From Chlamydiales bacterium (GTDB taxonomy: Bacteria; Chlamydiota; Chlamydiia; Chlamydiales; JBDQID01): a DNA stretch of 28,134 bases. The notes beneath the pieces were generated by a model. That model had not been told where the DNA came from, did no database searches, and was given only the letters and a program-made list of their open reading frames with translations. Made by a program: the position numbers and the translations under genes. The DNA lies in contig JBLFWS010000026.1 in the NCBI GenBank assembly GCA_047611865.1, positions 1 through 28,134 of the forward strand. The letters run 5' to 3'. Positions 1 to 9,855 of the stretch are shown in pieces (within the stretch, counting starts at the first letter, position 1; the number at the start of each line of letters is the position of its first letter).

Positions 1-120
1 ATATCAACAGAAAAAAACCTCCACAATTGCACTAACTGTAGTCAACGTTATCATGAACAAGATGCTAAATTTTGCAAAACCTGCGGTCACTCAATACAAA
101 TTCCCAGTAAAACAAGCTGA
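1..120 (+). CDS. 3' end of a gene with a C-terminal zinc ribbon, probably an ion transporter (voltage-gated K+ channel-like); partial
   Basis: Frame 1 reads ISTEKNLHNCTNCSQRYHEQDAKFCKTCGHSIQIPSKTS*. The CxxC-x4-H-x2-DAxFCxxCG tail is typical of bacterial ion-transporter proteins. Not in the ORF track; the 5' part lies outside the window. Confidence 0.65.
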   Translation: MSTEKNLHNCTNCSQRYHEQDAKFCKTCGHSIQIPSKTS

Positions 121-256
121 TTCTTTGGATTTCTTTGTAAATGTTCTCCGAACTTTGTATTATTTTCTTTTCTAAATTGTTAAAAAACAATATAATATTC
201 GAAATGATAACAGCCTACTCTCCAAACTTCTTATTTAATTTAAGGTCGATATTAAA

Positions 257-1123
257 ATGTCTGTAATAAAAAATACTGCGTTCATGAAAAAGATTCACCT
301 TTTCCCCAATATCATCACAGCCTTTGGCTTAATATGTGGTCTATTCGTCATTTTTAAAATGGCCATTACTAATTCTTCCTGTCACAACTTCGAACTACTA
401 CAGTTTTCAGCTATAGTCCTCCTCCTTGCCTCCGCCGCAGACCTTCTTGACGGGGCTGTTGCAAGACTTATGGGGGCCGAAAGTGAATTTGGCGTTTTTT
501 TCGATTCCGTCGCAGATTCCATAACTTTTGGCGTAGCCCCCTCTGTCATTGTTCTGACTAGTTTAAACGTAGAGTCCGACTTTTTACTTCCTCTGATAAT
601 AACATCTCTTATCTATTCCCTATGTGGTGTCTTACGGCTTGTGCGCTTTAGTGTTGAAGCGCACAGCATCAAAGACAACGTAGTCGAAAAAACTGCAGCT
701 AATAAAAATTTTACAGGATTACCTATACCCGGAGCTGCCGCGGCGGCTGTTTCAGCCAACCTCTTTCTTGCTTCAGGAGATTGCGAACAAATTATCAGCA
801 TCAGCATGGAAGAAAGGCAAATCATATTATCCTTTGTAATGCTTTTCTTAGGCTACTTTATGATAAGTCGCTGGAAGTTTCCGAGTTTAAAAGCCCTTCG
901 CATTCGTATCAGAGCCTTTCCTCTTCTTGTCCTTATCGTCAGCGCAGTCTCAATGCTCCTCTACGGTATACTTCAACATTTTGCAGCGGTCTTTGCTAGC
1001 GTATCCTGGGGCTATGTAATCCTGGCATGGGTACTTTCCGTTATTCGCTTGATTTCGGGGAAAAAATCAAAAACTTTGGAAGACTTCGAACCTGAACCTG
1101 AAGACTTTGAGCAGCCCTTATAG
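257..1123 (+). CDS. pssA: CDP-diacylglycerol--serine O-phosphatidyltransferase
   Basis: CDP-alcohol phosphotransferase motif DLLDGAVAR...SEFGVFFDSVADSITFGVAP, plus LRLVRF and FTGLPIPGAA; multiple TM helices. The start may instead be ATG 284 (MKKIHLFPN). Confidence 0.93.
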   Translation: MSVIKNTAFMKKIHLFPNIITAFGLICGLFVIFKMAITNSSCHNFELLQFSAIVLLLASAADLLDGAVARLMGAESEFGVFFDSVADSITFGVAPSVIVLTSLNVESDFLLPLIITSLIYSLCGVLRLVRFSVEAHSIKDNVVEKTAANKNFTGLPIPGAAAAAVSANLFLASGDCEQIISISMEERQIILSFVMLFLGYFMISRWKFPSLKALRIRIRAFPLLVLIVSAVSMLLYGILQHFAAVFASVSWGYVILAWVLSVIRLISGKKSKTLEDFEPEPEDFEQPL

Positions 1124-1206
1124 TCGATTCGGTTTGATTTGCCGAAATCTTTTAGTCTGGTGAGAAAAAATCGGTGAGGCACTCCCAACATTAAGTTAGA
1201 CTAAGC

Positions 1207-1375
1207 CTAGGTCGTGTATTAAAGTTACGGAACGCTGCTTTTGGAACCTTTTTCAGTACTTTTAAATTGTACTCGGCTCGCCTACTTATCTAAGTATGGA
1301 GAGCCTCATACAATTCAAAATCACAAAAAAATGCCCTCAAAATCATACAGCCCCTAATTTTAATACACGACCTAG
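1207..1375. mobile_element. MITE-like element (family 1) with terminal inverted repeats and an internal hairpin
   Basis: ctaggtcgtgtattaaa (1207-1223) is the exact reverse complement of tttaatacacgacctag (1359-1375). CTAG (or TA) lies at both ends as a possible target duplication. Internal stem aattgta/ggctc/tactta-tc-taagta/gagcc/tacaatt at 1265-1315. No coding capacity. Confidence 0.8.
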
Positions 1376-1872
1376 TCATTACTCATGTCATCCTGCTCAT
1401 TAAGAACAGTGATGAGATGAAGAATTTGATCTAAGACTATATGGGCTTCTTGCTGAAGTACCTCATTTTCATCAATGATTTTTGATAATTCCTCTCTCTC
1501 ATCTTTAAAAAATGTCGGAAGATCTTTCTTCAAAAACTTTTGGAAAGCACTTTCATCGGCCTGCAATTGTGGGAGCTCTTTCTCAAACCTCACTACCCTA
1601 TCTCGGATATAGGATACTTCGGCTTTATAGTAGCGATATGTGAAGTAATCTACTTTTTTCTGTGCTTCATTCAGTTCAAGATGAGCATCTGCGAGTTCTT
1701 CCCGAAGATCATCTATTTTCCGTGCAGACTGCGCTTCTATTGGTGATTTTGGTTTTAATGGAAAAAAATCATGAGATGCCCTTGACAACGAACATGAAGA
1801 CATCATCAACGCTAAACTAATAAAATATATTTTATCGCAAAAGCTTTTCAAAATTCTTAAAGAGAGATTCAT
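1372..1872 (-). CDS. Hypothetical coiled-coil protein, possible lipoprotein
   Basis: The track ORF 1372..1956 overlaps the upstream gene by 125 bp, so ATG 1872 (MNLSLRIL...) is more plausible. A hydrophobic stretch ends in LALMMSSC (lipobox-like), followed by a heptad-rich helix (KIDDLREELADAHLELNEAQKK). Start uncertain. Confidence 0.6.
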   Translation of the reverse strand: MNLSLRILKSFCDKIYFISLALMMSSCSLSRASHDFFPLKPKSPIEAQSARKIDDLREELADAHLELNEAQKKVDYFTYRYYKAEVSYIRDRVVRFEKELPQLQADESAFQKFLKKDLPTFFKDEREELSKIIDENEVLQQEAHIVLDQILHLITVLNEQDDMSND

Positions 1873-2977
1873 CGCGTACCTTGTCAAAATCCTCATGTTG
1901 CAATCGCCCCACAAGATTAGGCATAGCTTCACTTCGTGCACACTGAAGCCAACCAATACATGCTTTTACATCACCCAAAGCTGCAAATGCAACAGCATTA
2001 TAAAAAGCTACCTCTGAAGAGGGGTTTTCCTGATAACATCGAGCACCAAGCTCCACAACTAGATCATAGTTTTTGGTATAAAATGCTAGCCCATGAAGTA
2101 AATCCAAAGCCTCTTCAGGAATAATATCTTTGACTGGTTCAAGGAGATTATAGGCTTTCTTGCTTTCTCCCCAACTATTTAGTATGTGTGCCATATGAAG
2201 AAGACAGGATATATGAATCTGGCCCTTTCCGGTTACCTTGGACACTTCTTCGAATTTAGCGTAAGCTATGTCATGGCTCCCATTACTTAGGGCCTCTTTA
2301 GCCTTTTCATAGGCTCGTAGCATATCTTCATTACGGTCATCATTTGTAATATCTCTAGCATCCTGATAAGCTCGAAAGCTCTCAAAAGAAAGCATCGTCA
2401 TTATGACTCCTAAAACCATAATTCCATTGCTGAAGAAAAACAAGCCGAGGAAAACACCCAATACAGTGCCAAATATCAATGAAAATTTAATTCCAGGGAC
2501 TCCAAATAACCATTCTAAAGTAATGTTCATTAATCGACCTCCATCCAGAGGTACTATTGGAATAAGATTAATGAGATTCCAGTACAGATTAACCATTTGA
2601 GTCATGATCAAGCCCTTATCCACTAGCTCCGGAATATCACCAAGGCTTTTCCGAAGTCTAAATGAAATGAGAAAAAGCATTAGTCCTGCGATAGGCCCAT
2701 TCAATACCACAAGAAATTCCTGCCAGAGTTTCAGGCGGGGACCCTTTTGATAAGTCATCCCACCTAGCCCTGTTAACTCAATGGCAACCTCTTGATCAAA
2801 GTATAGAGCTGTTAAAGCATGACCAAATTCATGAACTAAAACAGAAATAAGAACAACGGCGACCCATACAAAGATGCCCGCCGTTGTCAATTTCAACCCT
2901 ATTATTCCGAACACAATGGTGATGAGTAAAAACAATGGGTTTATAGTAATAGGAATTCTACCAGGAATTCTTAGCAT
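1832..2977 (-). CDS. Site-2 protease (peptidase M50) with C-terminal TPR-like helical domain
   Basis: HExxH motif (VLVHEFGH), [11 protein letters not shown] motif and TM helices. The C-terminal ~170 aa is TPR-like ([22 protein letters not shown]). The start overlaps the sucD stop. Confidence 0.9.
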   Translation of the reverse strand: MLRIPGRIPITINPLFLLITIVFGIIGLKLTTAGIFVWVAVVLISVLVHEFGHALTALYFDQEVAIELTGLGGMTYQKGPRLKLWQEFLVVLNGPIAGLMLFLISFRLRKSLGDIPELVDKGLIMTQMVNLYWNLINLIPIVPLDGGRLMNITLEWLFGVPGIKFSLIFGTVLGVFLGLFFFSNGIMVLGVIMTMLSFESFRAYQDARDITNDDRNEDMLRAYEKAKEALSNGSHDIAYAKFEEVSKVTGKGQIHISCLLHMAHILNSWGESKKAYNLLEPVKDIIPEEALDLLHGLAFYTKNYDLVVELGARCYQENPSSEVAFYNAVAFAALGDVKACIGWLQCARSEAMPNLVGRLQHEDFDKVRDESLFKNFEKLLR

Positions 2978-3867
2978 GGCATTCCAGTAGACTTACTTTC
3001 CATTGCACGACCAAGAGCTCCACCCATATCAGCAGGACTCTCAGCCACAGTTACCCCAGCGGCTTTTAGTGCTTCAATCTTTCCTTCTGCAGTTCCTTTC
3101 CCACCAGAAACTATTGCTCCGGCATGCCCCATACGTCTTCCTGGAGGAGCTGTAATGCCTGCAATAAAGGCCGCGACAGGCTTTGTGCAATTCTTCTTAA
3201 TCCAATCGGCAGCTTGCTCTTCAGCATTACCCCCAATTTCTCCAATCATAAGAATGGATTCTGTTTCAGGATCTTTTTCAAAAAGCTCCAATACGTCGAT
3301 GAAATTAGTTCCGTTCAATGGATCACCACCTATTCCAACACATGTAGATTGTCCCCAACCTTTTTCTGTGGTTTGCCATACTGCCTCGTACGTCAGAGTC
3401 CCTGACCTAGAAACCACACCAACAGAACCTTTTTTATGAATGTATCCAGGCATAATTCCGATCTTACAAGCACCAGGAGTAATTATCCCCGGACAATTCG
3501 GTCCGATGAGTCTGCTGGTTTTGCTGTTTTTCATTACACGACTAACTTCGAGCATATCTCTTATAGGAATTCCCTCGGTGATACATATGATCAACTCGAC
3601 ACCTGCATCCTCGGCTTCCAGTATCGCATCTGCAGCAAAGGGAGGTGGTACAAAGATCATTGAAACATTACAAGAGGTCGCTTGTCTTGCTTCGCTAACG
3701 GTATCAAATACAGGTACTCCAAGTATCTTCTCTCCTCCCTTTCCAGGTGTCACTCCACCAACTAGTTGAGTTCCATATTCCTGACATTGTTCTGCATGAA
3801 ACTTTCCAGCTTTACCGGTAATCCCCTGAACAATAACTTTGCTATTCTTATCGACTAATATCGCCAT
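2971..3867 (-). CDS. sucD: Succinyl-CoA synthetase alpha subunit
   Basis: [35 protein letters not shown] and the phospho-His motif RMGHAGAI. Confidence 0.98.
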   Translation of the reverse strand: MAILVDKNSKVIVQGITGKAGKFHAEQCQEYGTQLVGGVTPGKGGEKILGVPVFDTVSEARQATSCNVSMIFVPPPFAADAILEAEDAGVELIICITEGIPIRDMLEVSRVMKNSKTSRLIGPNCPGIITPGACKIGIMPGYIHKKGSVGVVSRSGTLTYEAVWQTTEKGWGQSTCVGIGGDPLNGTNFIDVLELFEKDPETESILMIGEIGGNAEEQAADWIKKNCTKPVAAFIAGITAPPGRRMGHAGAIVSGGKGTAEGKIEALKAAGVTVAESPADMGGALGRAMESKSTGMPC

Positions 3868-3884
3868 GACTTTTCTCCTAATGA

Positions 3885-5045
3885 TTATCCTCTTATACCG
3901 GCAACTATTTTTTCAGCAGCTTCTGTTAAGCTATCCGCAGAAATGATATTCAGACTAGATTCTTTTAAAATCCGTTTTCCTTCCTCTACATTAGTACCTT
4001 CCATACGAACTACCAATGGAACATGCACGCTATCAGCAACATCTACTATTCCCTGTGCCAAAACGCCACAATCCATTATTCCACCGAAGATATTCACTAA
4101 GATACCTTTCACTTTCGGATCGTTTAAAATAATACGAAATCCAGCACCAACTTTTTCTTTTGATGCTCCACCGCCAACATCAAGGAAGTTAGCAGGAGTT
4201 CCACCGTGGTGATGGATTAAATCCATTGTAGCCATTGCAAGGCCCGCACCGTTTACCATACAGCCGACTTCACCATCGAGAGCAATATAAGCCAAATCAT
4301 GTTCGCTGGCATCAACTTCATTTTTGGAAATCTGAGTAGGATCAAAGAAATCGGCAAGATCTTTCTGACGAAATAAAGCATTTTCATCGATAGCCATTTT
4401 ACCATCTATCGCAATAATTTTACCGTCATTAGTTTGAACTAAGGGGTTTATTTCGAGAAGAGAAGCATCTGTTTCTATGAAAGCTTTGGCAAGTCCTGCA
4501 ACGACTTTCATGCCTTCTTTGGCCGTAGCACCTGACCAACCCATGAATTTCGCCACTTTTCTAAGCTGAAAAGCTTTTAACTGCCCTTGAAGGCCAATAG
4601 GTTCTTTCAAAATCTTTTCAGGCATCTTTTCAGCTATTTCTTCAATCTCCATTCCGCCCTCTGGAGAAATTATAAGCGTCGGTATGCCTTTTTCCCGGTC
4701 AACAATGGCTCCCACATAGTATTCTTTTTTAATATCTGTAAGAGGAGCAATTAATACTTTATGAGCAACAACACCTTCAGCACCTGTTTGGTTATTGACA
4801 ATTTTCATTCCAATAAGGCTTTCAGCATGTTTTAGGATCTCTTCAGGTGATTGAGCAAATTTAACTCCTCCAGCTTTACCCCGCCCTCCAGCATGAACTT
4901 GAACTTTAACAACAGCTTTTTGTAGACCTAAGTCTTCAATAACTTTTTTGGCTTCATCTAAGTTGGTGGCCACACCGAATTCTGGCGTTGGAATACCGAA
5001 CTTACGAAGAACTGTATATACTTGATGCTCATGAATATTCATCAT
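3885..5045 (-). CDS. sucC: Succinyl-CoA synthetase beta subunit
   Basis: [54 protein letters not shown] upstream; the start may be the second ATG at 5042. Confidence 0.98.
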   Translation of the reverse strand: MMNIHEHQVYTVLRKFGIPTPEFGVATNLDEAKKVIEDLGLQKAVVKVQVHAGGRGKAGGVKFAQSPEEILKHAESLIGMKIVNNQTGAEGVVAHKVLIAPLTDIKKEYYVGAIVDREKGIPTLIISPEGGMEIEEIAEKMPEKILKEPIGLQGQLKAFQLRKVAKFMGWSGATAKEGMKVVAGLAKAFIETDASLLEINPLVQTNDGKIIAIDGKMAIDENALFRQKDLADFFDPTQISKNEVDASEHDLAYIALDGEVGCMVNGAGLAMATMDLIHHHGGTPANFLDVGGGASKEKVGAGFRIILNDPKVKGILVNIFGGIMDCGVLAQGIVDVADSVHVPLVVRMEGTNVEEGKRILKESSLNIISADSLTEAAEKIVAGIRG

Positions 5046-5144
5046 TTCCTCATGATATATTTAATGATTGAGTCTTTCTAAGTGATTCTCTATCTTTTAT
5101 GTTTAAGTATTTCATTTCTAGCAACTCAAAAAGGGTAAAATCCA

Positions 5145-6071
5145 ATGATACTGAAGTTTATCAAAAGCGGTTATAAAAAGATTTCATCCGCTCTCGGTAA
5201 AACTCGTTCAGCTCTAACACAAACAATTAAAGATCTATTTAGTGGAAAAGTTGACGAAGAAACATTGGAAAGCCTTGAAGAACTTTTCTACGAAGCTGAT
5301 TTAGGAGTAAAGACTTCTGTTGAACTCGTTGAAAAAATTAGAACCCTCTATAAAAACAACAGCTCCATCACAGCCGATGAAGTCATGGAGGAGATTCAAA
5401 AAGAAATTCTTTTAATTTTGAATAAACAGTCTAGCAGTGTCAGGGATCTTCAGTTAGAAGGCCCAACAGTCTTTTTTATTGTAGGCGTAAATGGCAACGG
5501 CAAGACCACCTCTGCGGCCAAGCTTGCGAAAAGATACAAGGACGCTGGTAAGAAGGTCCTTCTTGCTGCGGCAGACACTTTTCGAGCAGCTGCTACAGAG
5601 CAACTGGATATGTGGGCTAAAAAGGTGGGCGTAGATATTGTAAAAGGCCAACACAAGAGTGATCCTTCAGCTGTTGTTTTTGATGCTGTCAGTGCCGCAA
5701 AATCACGAAACTGTGATGTCCTCATAATTGATACCGCAGGACGTCTACATACCAAAACGGATCTTATGCAAGAGCTTGGCAAAATGAAGCGTGTTTGCAG
5801 CAAAATCATTCCAGAATCCCCTCATGAAATTCTGCTAGCCCTTGATGCCACCACGGGACAAAATGCAATCGACCAGGCTAAAATATTTAACAATTACACT
5901 CCTATAACAGGCCTTATCCTTACAAAACTTGATGGAACAGCAAAAGGCGGCATTACCGTCGCCATACAACGCGAACTCGGTATCCCCATCAAGTTCATTG
6001 GAACAGGAGAAGGAATTGAAGATATGGAAGCTTTCGTTGCAGAGAATTTCGTTTCTGCTCTTTTTGAGTAG
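5145..6071 (+). CDS. ftsY: Signal recognition particle receptor FtsY (NG domain only)
   Basis: GVNGNGKTT P-loop, DTFRAAA, DTAGR, DATTGQN, TKLDGTAKGG. Confidence 0.98.
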   Translation: MILKFIKSGYKKISSALGKTRSALTQTIKDLFSGKVDEETLESLEELFYEADLGVKTSVELVEKIRTLYKNNSSITADEVMEEIQKEILLILNKQSSSVRDLQLEGPTVFFIVGVNGNGKTTSAAKLAKRYKDAGKKVLLAAADTFRAAATEQLDMWAKKVGVDIVKGQHKSDPSAVVFDAVSAAKSRNCDVLIIDTAGRLHTKTDLMQELGKMKRVCSKIIPESPHEILLALDATTGQNAIDQAKIFNNYTPITGLILTKLDGTAKGGITVAIQRELGIPIKFIGTGEGIEDMEAFVAENFVSALFE

Positions 6072-6080
6072 AAAACAGTA

Positions 6081-6117
6081 GGCTGCGCAGATGAAACTGA
6101 TCCCAACTGCACAATCC
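6081..6117 (-). terminator. Possible intrinsic terminator between convergent ftsY and yccA
   Basis: Imperfect stem ggctgcgcagatg / caactgcacaatcc. Two C-A mismatches become G-U pairs on the minus-strand RNA, which then continues UACUGUUUUC. Confidence 0.3.
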
Positions 6118-6138
6118 GAACTTCTTTTCCTTAAGCAG

Positions 6139-6861
6139 CTAATCTCTTCGAGAAGTTAGTATCTGAAGAAGATACCAGAAGATCATGATCAGATTGATGT
6201 ACATCCTCAATGCGACCATAAGGGACATTTTGTATCCCATAAGTGTGTTACTATCAGCACGACAGCTATAATCTCTTATCTGTTGAGCATCATATGCAGT
6301 CAATCCAATGAACATCACAAGCCCAGCATAACATATCATCAGGTGTAGCATAGGAAGGTGATAGAACATTGAAAGAATGACATAAATAAAAGTTATTCCA
6401 ATAAAACCTATCAAAGCCACATTGAGTAATCTTCCCAAATTTGTCAGATCCGACTTTGTAATCATACCGTATCCTACAGCCAGACCGTACAGACCTGCCG
6501 CTGATGCAAATGCTGTCCATATTACCCCTCCTCCATAGGAGGCGGCATAAATGGGTAGAACTGCGCCAAAAAACACTCCTTGAACAGCTGCATAGGAAAG
6601 AAATAAACCTGTCATGCTTGTAAAAGACAGACGTTCAAGCATCCCACCCATGGTAAAGGCTATCCCCAAAGTTGCCAGGCCACAAAGCCATGCATAAGGC
6701 AGGATCGAAATGTAAGCTCCAGTTTTAAAAATCGTGTATGCAATGAAAGCGGTAAGAGCTAGCCCAACTGCCATCCATCCATATACCCTTGTAGCAAAGG
6801 TACTGACTTGTGCTTCAGTATGGCTGCTTTGACGTAAATAATCACGCTCATAAATAGACAT
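6139..6861 (-). CDS. yccA: Bax inhibitor-1/YccA family membrane protein
   Basis: About 7 TM helices; RVYGWMAVGLALTA, TKSDLT, GLTAYDAQQI, ALRMYINLIMIF; chlamydial position between tyrP and ftsY. Confidence 0.9.
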   Translation of the reverse strand: MSIYERDYLRQSSHTEAQVSTFATRVYGWMAVGLALTAFIAYTIFKTGAYISILPYAWLCGLATLGIAFTMGGMLERLSFTSMTGLFLSYAAVQGVFFGAVLPIYAASYGGGVIWTAFASAAGLYGLAVGYGMITKSDLTNLGRLLNVALIGFIGITFIYVILSMFYHLPMLHLMICYAGLVMFIGLTAYDAQQIRDYSCRADSNTLMGYKMSLMVALRMYINLIMIFWYLLQILTSRRD

Positions 6862-6963
6862 AATATACTCCTCAGTGTTAATAAGTTATATTACGATGGC
6901 AATTGTAATGACAAAAGGATTATTTTGTCATTAATAATTTCTAATGCAATCATTCGAGCTTCT

Positions 6964-7057
6964 TATACACAAATAAGTTTAAGAAATGGGCTTTTCGGGT
7001 CTCACCAAGCGTAAAAAGTTCGATCCAAAAACCTATTCTGGAACTTGTTTAGGTATA
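6964..7057. mobile_element. MITE-like element (family 2), short internally deleted copy, followed by another left-end fragment (7056-7073)
   Basis: Imperfect TIRs tatacacaaataagtttaagaa... / ...ttctggaacttgtttaggtata, with TA at both ends. Both arms align with the element at 14657-14820. Confidence 0.7.
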
Positions 7058-7134
7058 TACACAGATAAGTTCCACCACTGCTCTCTAATCTATACCTTTA
7101 TTGAAAAGGCACAGCAAGTTATAAACCTTAATAT

Positions 7135-7147
7135 TATCAAACAATTA
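7135..7147 (+). promoter_or_regulatory. IHF-consensus-like site upstream of the SPFH gene
   Basis: TATCAAACAATTA matches WATCAANNNNTTR exactly, but such matches occur by chance in AT-rich DNA. Confidence 0.25.
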
Positions 7148-7163
7148 AATCTGGAGATTCTTT

Positions 7164-8123
7164 ATGCGACCTGTAAATGTTGGTCCTCAATTTAACCCTA
7201 AATACGCCGCAGGAATTATTGTTTTTGCTCTTGGCTGGTTAGTTCTTACCCTCGGAACATTTACTATTCAAAGTGGTACTGTAGGTATTCTATCCACTTT
7301 TGGAGAGTACAGTGACAATTTCAAGCAAGCTGGCCTCCACTTTAAGATACCAGGTGTTCAGGAAATTCGTATCGTAGATGTTAAAATGCAAACAGCCCAT
7401 TACCAGGGGGATCACGATCTCCCAGATCTTGATGGGGTCATTAACAAACCCAGGATCGTTGTCCTAGACAGCAAGAACCTGAATATTGGCATAGAAATCA
7501 CCGTACAGTATGTTCCCGATATCCTAAAAGCCAAAGAAATCCTGGTAAAATATGGCTATAACTATTTCGACAAATTAATTAACCCAAATGTTAGAGACAT
7601 TGTTCGAGATGTTGCCGGTCAATATCAAGCCGAAGATATTGCAATGAAAAGGTCCGTCATTGGTGATCAAATTCGCCAACACCTTACCGAGAAGTTTGAA
7701 AGCCTCCCCTTTATACTTCAGGACGTGCAAATTCGAGGAATTGAGTTGCCTAAAATTGTCCGTAATAAAATTGAAGAAGTTCAACTTGCAAAGCAAGAAG
7801 AACAGCGCTTGGCTATGATTGAAAAACAAGCTATGAAAAATCAAGAAATCAAAAGTATCGAGGCAAACACAAAACTAATTGAAGTTACTACACAGGCAAG
7901 GGCTGACGCCGAAAAGAAAAAAATTGAGGCCGATGCAAAGGCTTATCAAATCACTAAAGAATCTGAAGCTGTTGCTATAGCAAATACTCTAATTTCCAAA
8001 TCTGTTACACCAGCTCTTATTCAATATGAGGGAATTCGTAAGTGGAGCGGTAATTATCCTAAAATGCTTGTAAATGACAAGCAAGGAGTTAACCTACTTA
8101 TGCAAATGCCAAGTATGGAATAA
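7164..8123 (+). CDS. SPFH/prohibitin (band 7) family membrane protein
   Basis: N-terminal TM, GLHFKIPGVQ, INPNVRDIVRDVAGQY, IELPKIV, and an Ala/Glu-rich coiled coil (AQARADAE-type: QARADAEKKKIEADAKA). SD GGAG upstream. Confidence 0.93.
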   Translation: MRPVNVGPQFNPKYAAGIIVFALGWLVLTLGTFTIQSGTVGILSTFGEYSDNFKQAGLHFKIPGVQEIRIVDVKMQTAHYQGDHDLPDLDGVINKPRIVVLDSKNLNIGIEITVQYVPDILKAKEILVKYGYNYFDKLINPNVRDIVRDVAGQYQAEDIAMKRSVIGDQIRQHLTEKFESLPFILQDVQIRGIELPKIVRNKIEEVQLAKQEEQRLAMIEKQAMKNQEIKSIEANTKLIEVTTQARADAEKKKIEADAKAYQITKESEAVAIANTLISKSVTPALIQYEGIRKWSGNYPKMLVNDKQGVNLLMQMPSME

Positions 8124-8130
8124 GTGATGT

Positions 8131-8168
8131 AAACCCGGTGGACGCCCTATCAATCGTACACCGGGTTT
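8131..8168. repeat. Short palindrome (REP-like or bidirectional terminator) between convergent SPFH and tyrP genes
   Basis: aaacccggtg...caccgggttt forms a perfect 10-bp stem followed by a T-tract. Related sequence occurs at 9767-9802 and 21730-21750. Confidence 0.65.
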
Positions 8169-8185
8169 TAAGAAAACCGCTATTC

Positions 8186-9451
8186 CTAGCTGCTTTCTTC
8201 TTCCAGAAGAAATATTTGTGTTTCAGTCTCCGAAGACACTTTTGTCCAACCAAGCTCCTGAGCGGTTTCCAGACAAAGTTCAATTGACACAAACAGTAGA
8301 AGAACAAACAAAAGGAATTTGCCTCCAGGAAGAGTAAACTCCGACTCCTTCTTCAAAACATATCGTCCGTAACCTACCATAATGATTGGCAGTACCCCTA
8401 ATAGTAGAGCACAGCCATAACCCCCTGCGTAGTTTAAAGCAGAAAGAAAGGCATAAGGGCAAGCTATCGCTCCAATCAATGGGGGAATAAATACCAAAAA
8501 CCAAATAAGGGGCTGCCCCATTTTCTCGACTTGTATTTTCAAACCGTCTGTTAGAAAGTCTTTCAAGCCTAAAGTAACTCCCAAAAAGGATGTAACAAGG
8601 GCCAAAAAAGCAAACAGCTGACCAATGCTCAAAATCCAGGTATTTTCCAAATGTAGCTGAAGTGACTGTACTGCTGTTCCGCCTTTTTCCAAAGTATGAA
8701 GTAGGCCGTTCACCCCATAAACAGGAACTATTCCCAAAATGAGCCATTCCCAAATAGCATAAATAATGAAGGGGATGAAGCTTCCAATTATGATCGCCCA
8801 CTTCACTTTAGAATAATCTCGATCCAAATAAGTAATGAGACTTGGAATTACGTTCTGATAGGCAAAGGAGGTAAATACAACCGGCATAGCCAACAAAGCA
8901 TTATACCAACTCGAATGCTGTAAATTGTCACTTTTCACCTCGCCAAAACCGAAATACACAAATACCATATATGACAGCACTAGACCAACCACTAATACAA
9001 TATTTACATTCCCAACAGTACCTGCTCCTCTACATACGACTGGAGCCAAAATGACAGCAAAAATAATGGCCCCCATCCAATGCGGTAAAGTTCCTCCTGT
9101 AAAACTGACCACTAGCTGTGCTCCTCCCACAATATATGCTAGAGAAAGGCAATAAAAAAGACCGAGATAGAGAATACTTGTTATTTTTGCAGCCCTATCG
9201 CCGAGAATGACTTTTGTCATGGTGATAAAATTTGCTGAATCTCCCATCCAAACACACGCCTCAAGAAAAAGGAGTCCCGTCATTGCCATAAACATCCAGC
9301 AAAAAAAATACAGAACCAGAGAGGGAAAAAATCCTCCTGCACTTGTTAAAACAGGAAGTGCAAGCATACCAGCTCCAATACTCGTTCCCGCTATTAAAAA
9401 TGTACCTCCAACAAATTTCCCTTTATTACTCATGGTCATCTTAAATCTCAT
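8186..9451 (-). CDS. tyrP: Aromatic amino acid (Tyr/Trp) permease, HAAAP family
   Basis: GGTFLIAGTSIGAGMLALP, FTSFAYQNVIPSL, ALVTSFLGV; about 11 TM helices. The start may be 9439 or 9433. Confidence 0.92.
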   Translation of the reverse strand: MRFKMTMSNKGKFVGGTFLIAGTSIGAGMLALPVLTSAGGFFPSLVLYFFCWMFMAMTGLLFLEACVWMGDSANFITMTKVILGDRAAKITSILYLGLFYCLSLAYIVGGAQLVVSFTGGTLPHWMGAIIFAVILAPVVCRGAGTVGNVNIVLVVGLVLSYMVFVYFGFGEVKSDNLQHSSWYNALLAMPVVFTSFAYQNVIPSLITYLDRDYSKVKWAIIIGSFIPFIIYAIWEWLILGIVPVYGVNGLLHTLEKGGTAVQSLQLHLENTWILSIGQLFAFLALVTSFLGVTLGLKDFLTDGLKIQVEKMGQPLIWFLVFIPPLIGAIACPYAFLSALNYAGGYGCALLLGVLPIIMVGYGRYVLKKESEFTLPGGKFLLFVLLLFVSIELCLETAQELGWTKVSSETETQIFLLEEESS

Positions 9452-9630
9452 ATTAGAATATTTATATGTAGTTCAGATTATAGTTCTCATTTCGCCCATA
9501 TTACCCATATACATAAAAGACATCAAATAAATTATTAATTCATTTACGAGTTATTCTCTTTAACAAAGATAAGTTAAAATAGTTTTAATAATGATATCGA
9601 GTAATATTTGTTTCGATTTTCTTGAATATT

Positions 9631-9762
9631 ATGATAGGATTTAGAGGGTTACCTGAACGAAATGGAGCACCTAGACTCTGTGCTTCTGCCTCTTTTCAAT
9701 CATATGTGGAATATCTCCAAACAGAAGTCTCAGAAGAACAATCTACCTCAGACTCTATCTAA
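9631..9762 (+). CDS. Possible 43-aa small ORF or gene remnant
   Basis: ATG 9631 to TAA 9762 reads MIGFRGLPERNGAPRLCASASFQSYVEYLQTEVSEEQSTSDSI. It has higher GC than the flank and is followed by a REP-like palindrome; there is no clear SD. Confidence 0.25.
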   Translation: MIGFRGLPERNGAPRLCASASFQSYVEYLQTEVSEEQSTSDSI

Positions 9763-9855
9763 GTTCTAAGCCGGAAGACAAGGTATCCACCGGGTTTTAA
9801 GATTTGTAGTGCTTATTTGTCAAAATTTTTTCGTTTAGGGAAATATGAAGGTCTC

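Noticed and set aside
6986..7195. 69-aa ORF upstream of the SPFH gene
   Set aside because: It starts inside a MITE-like element and overlaps the SPFH start, so it is probably a by-product of the repeat.
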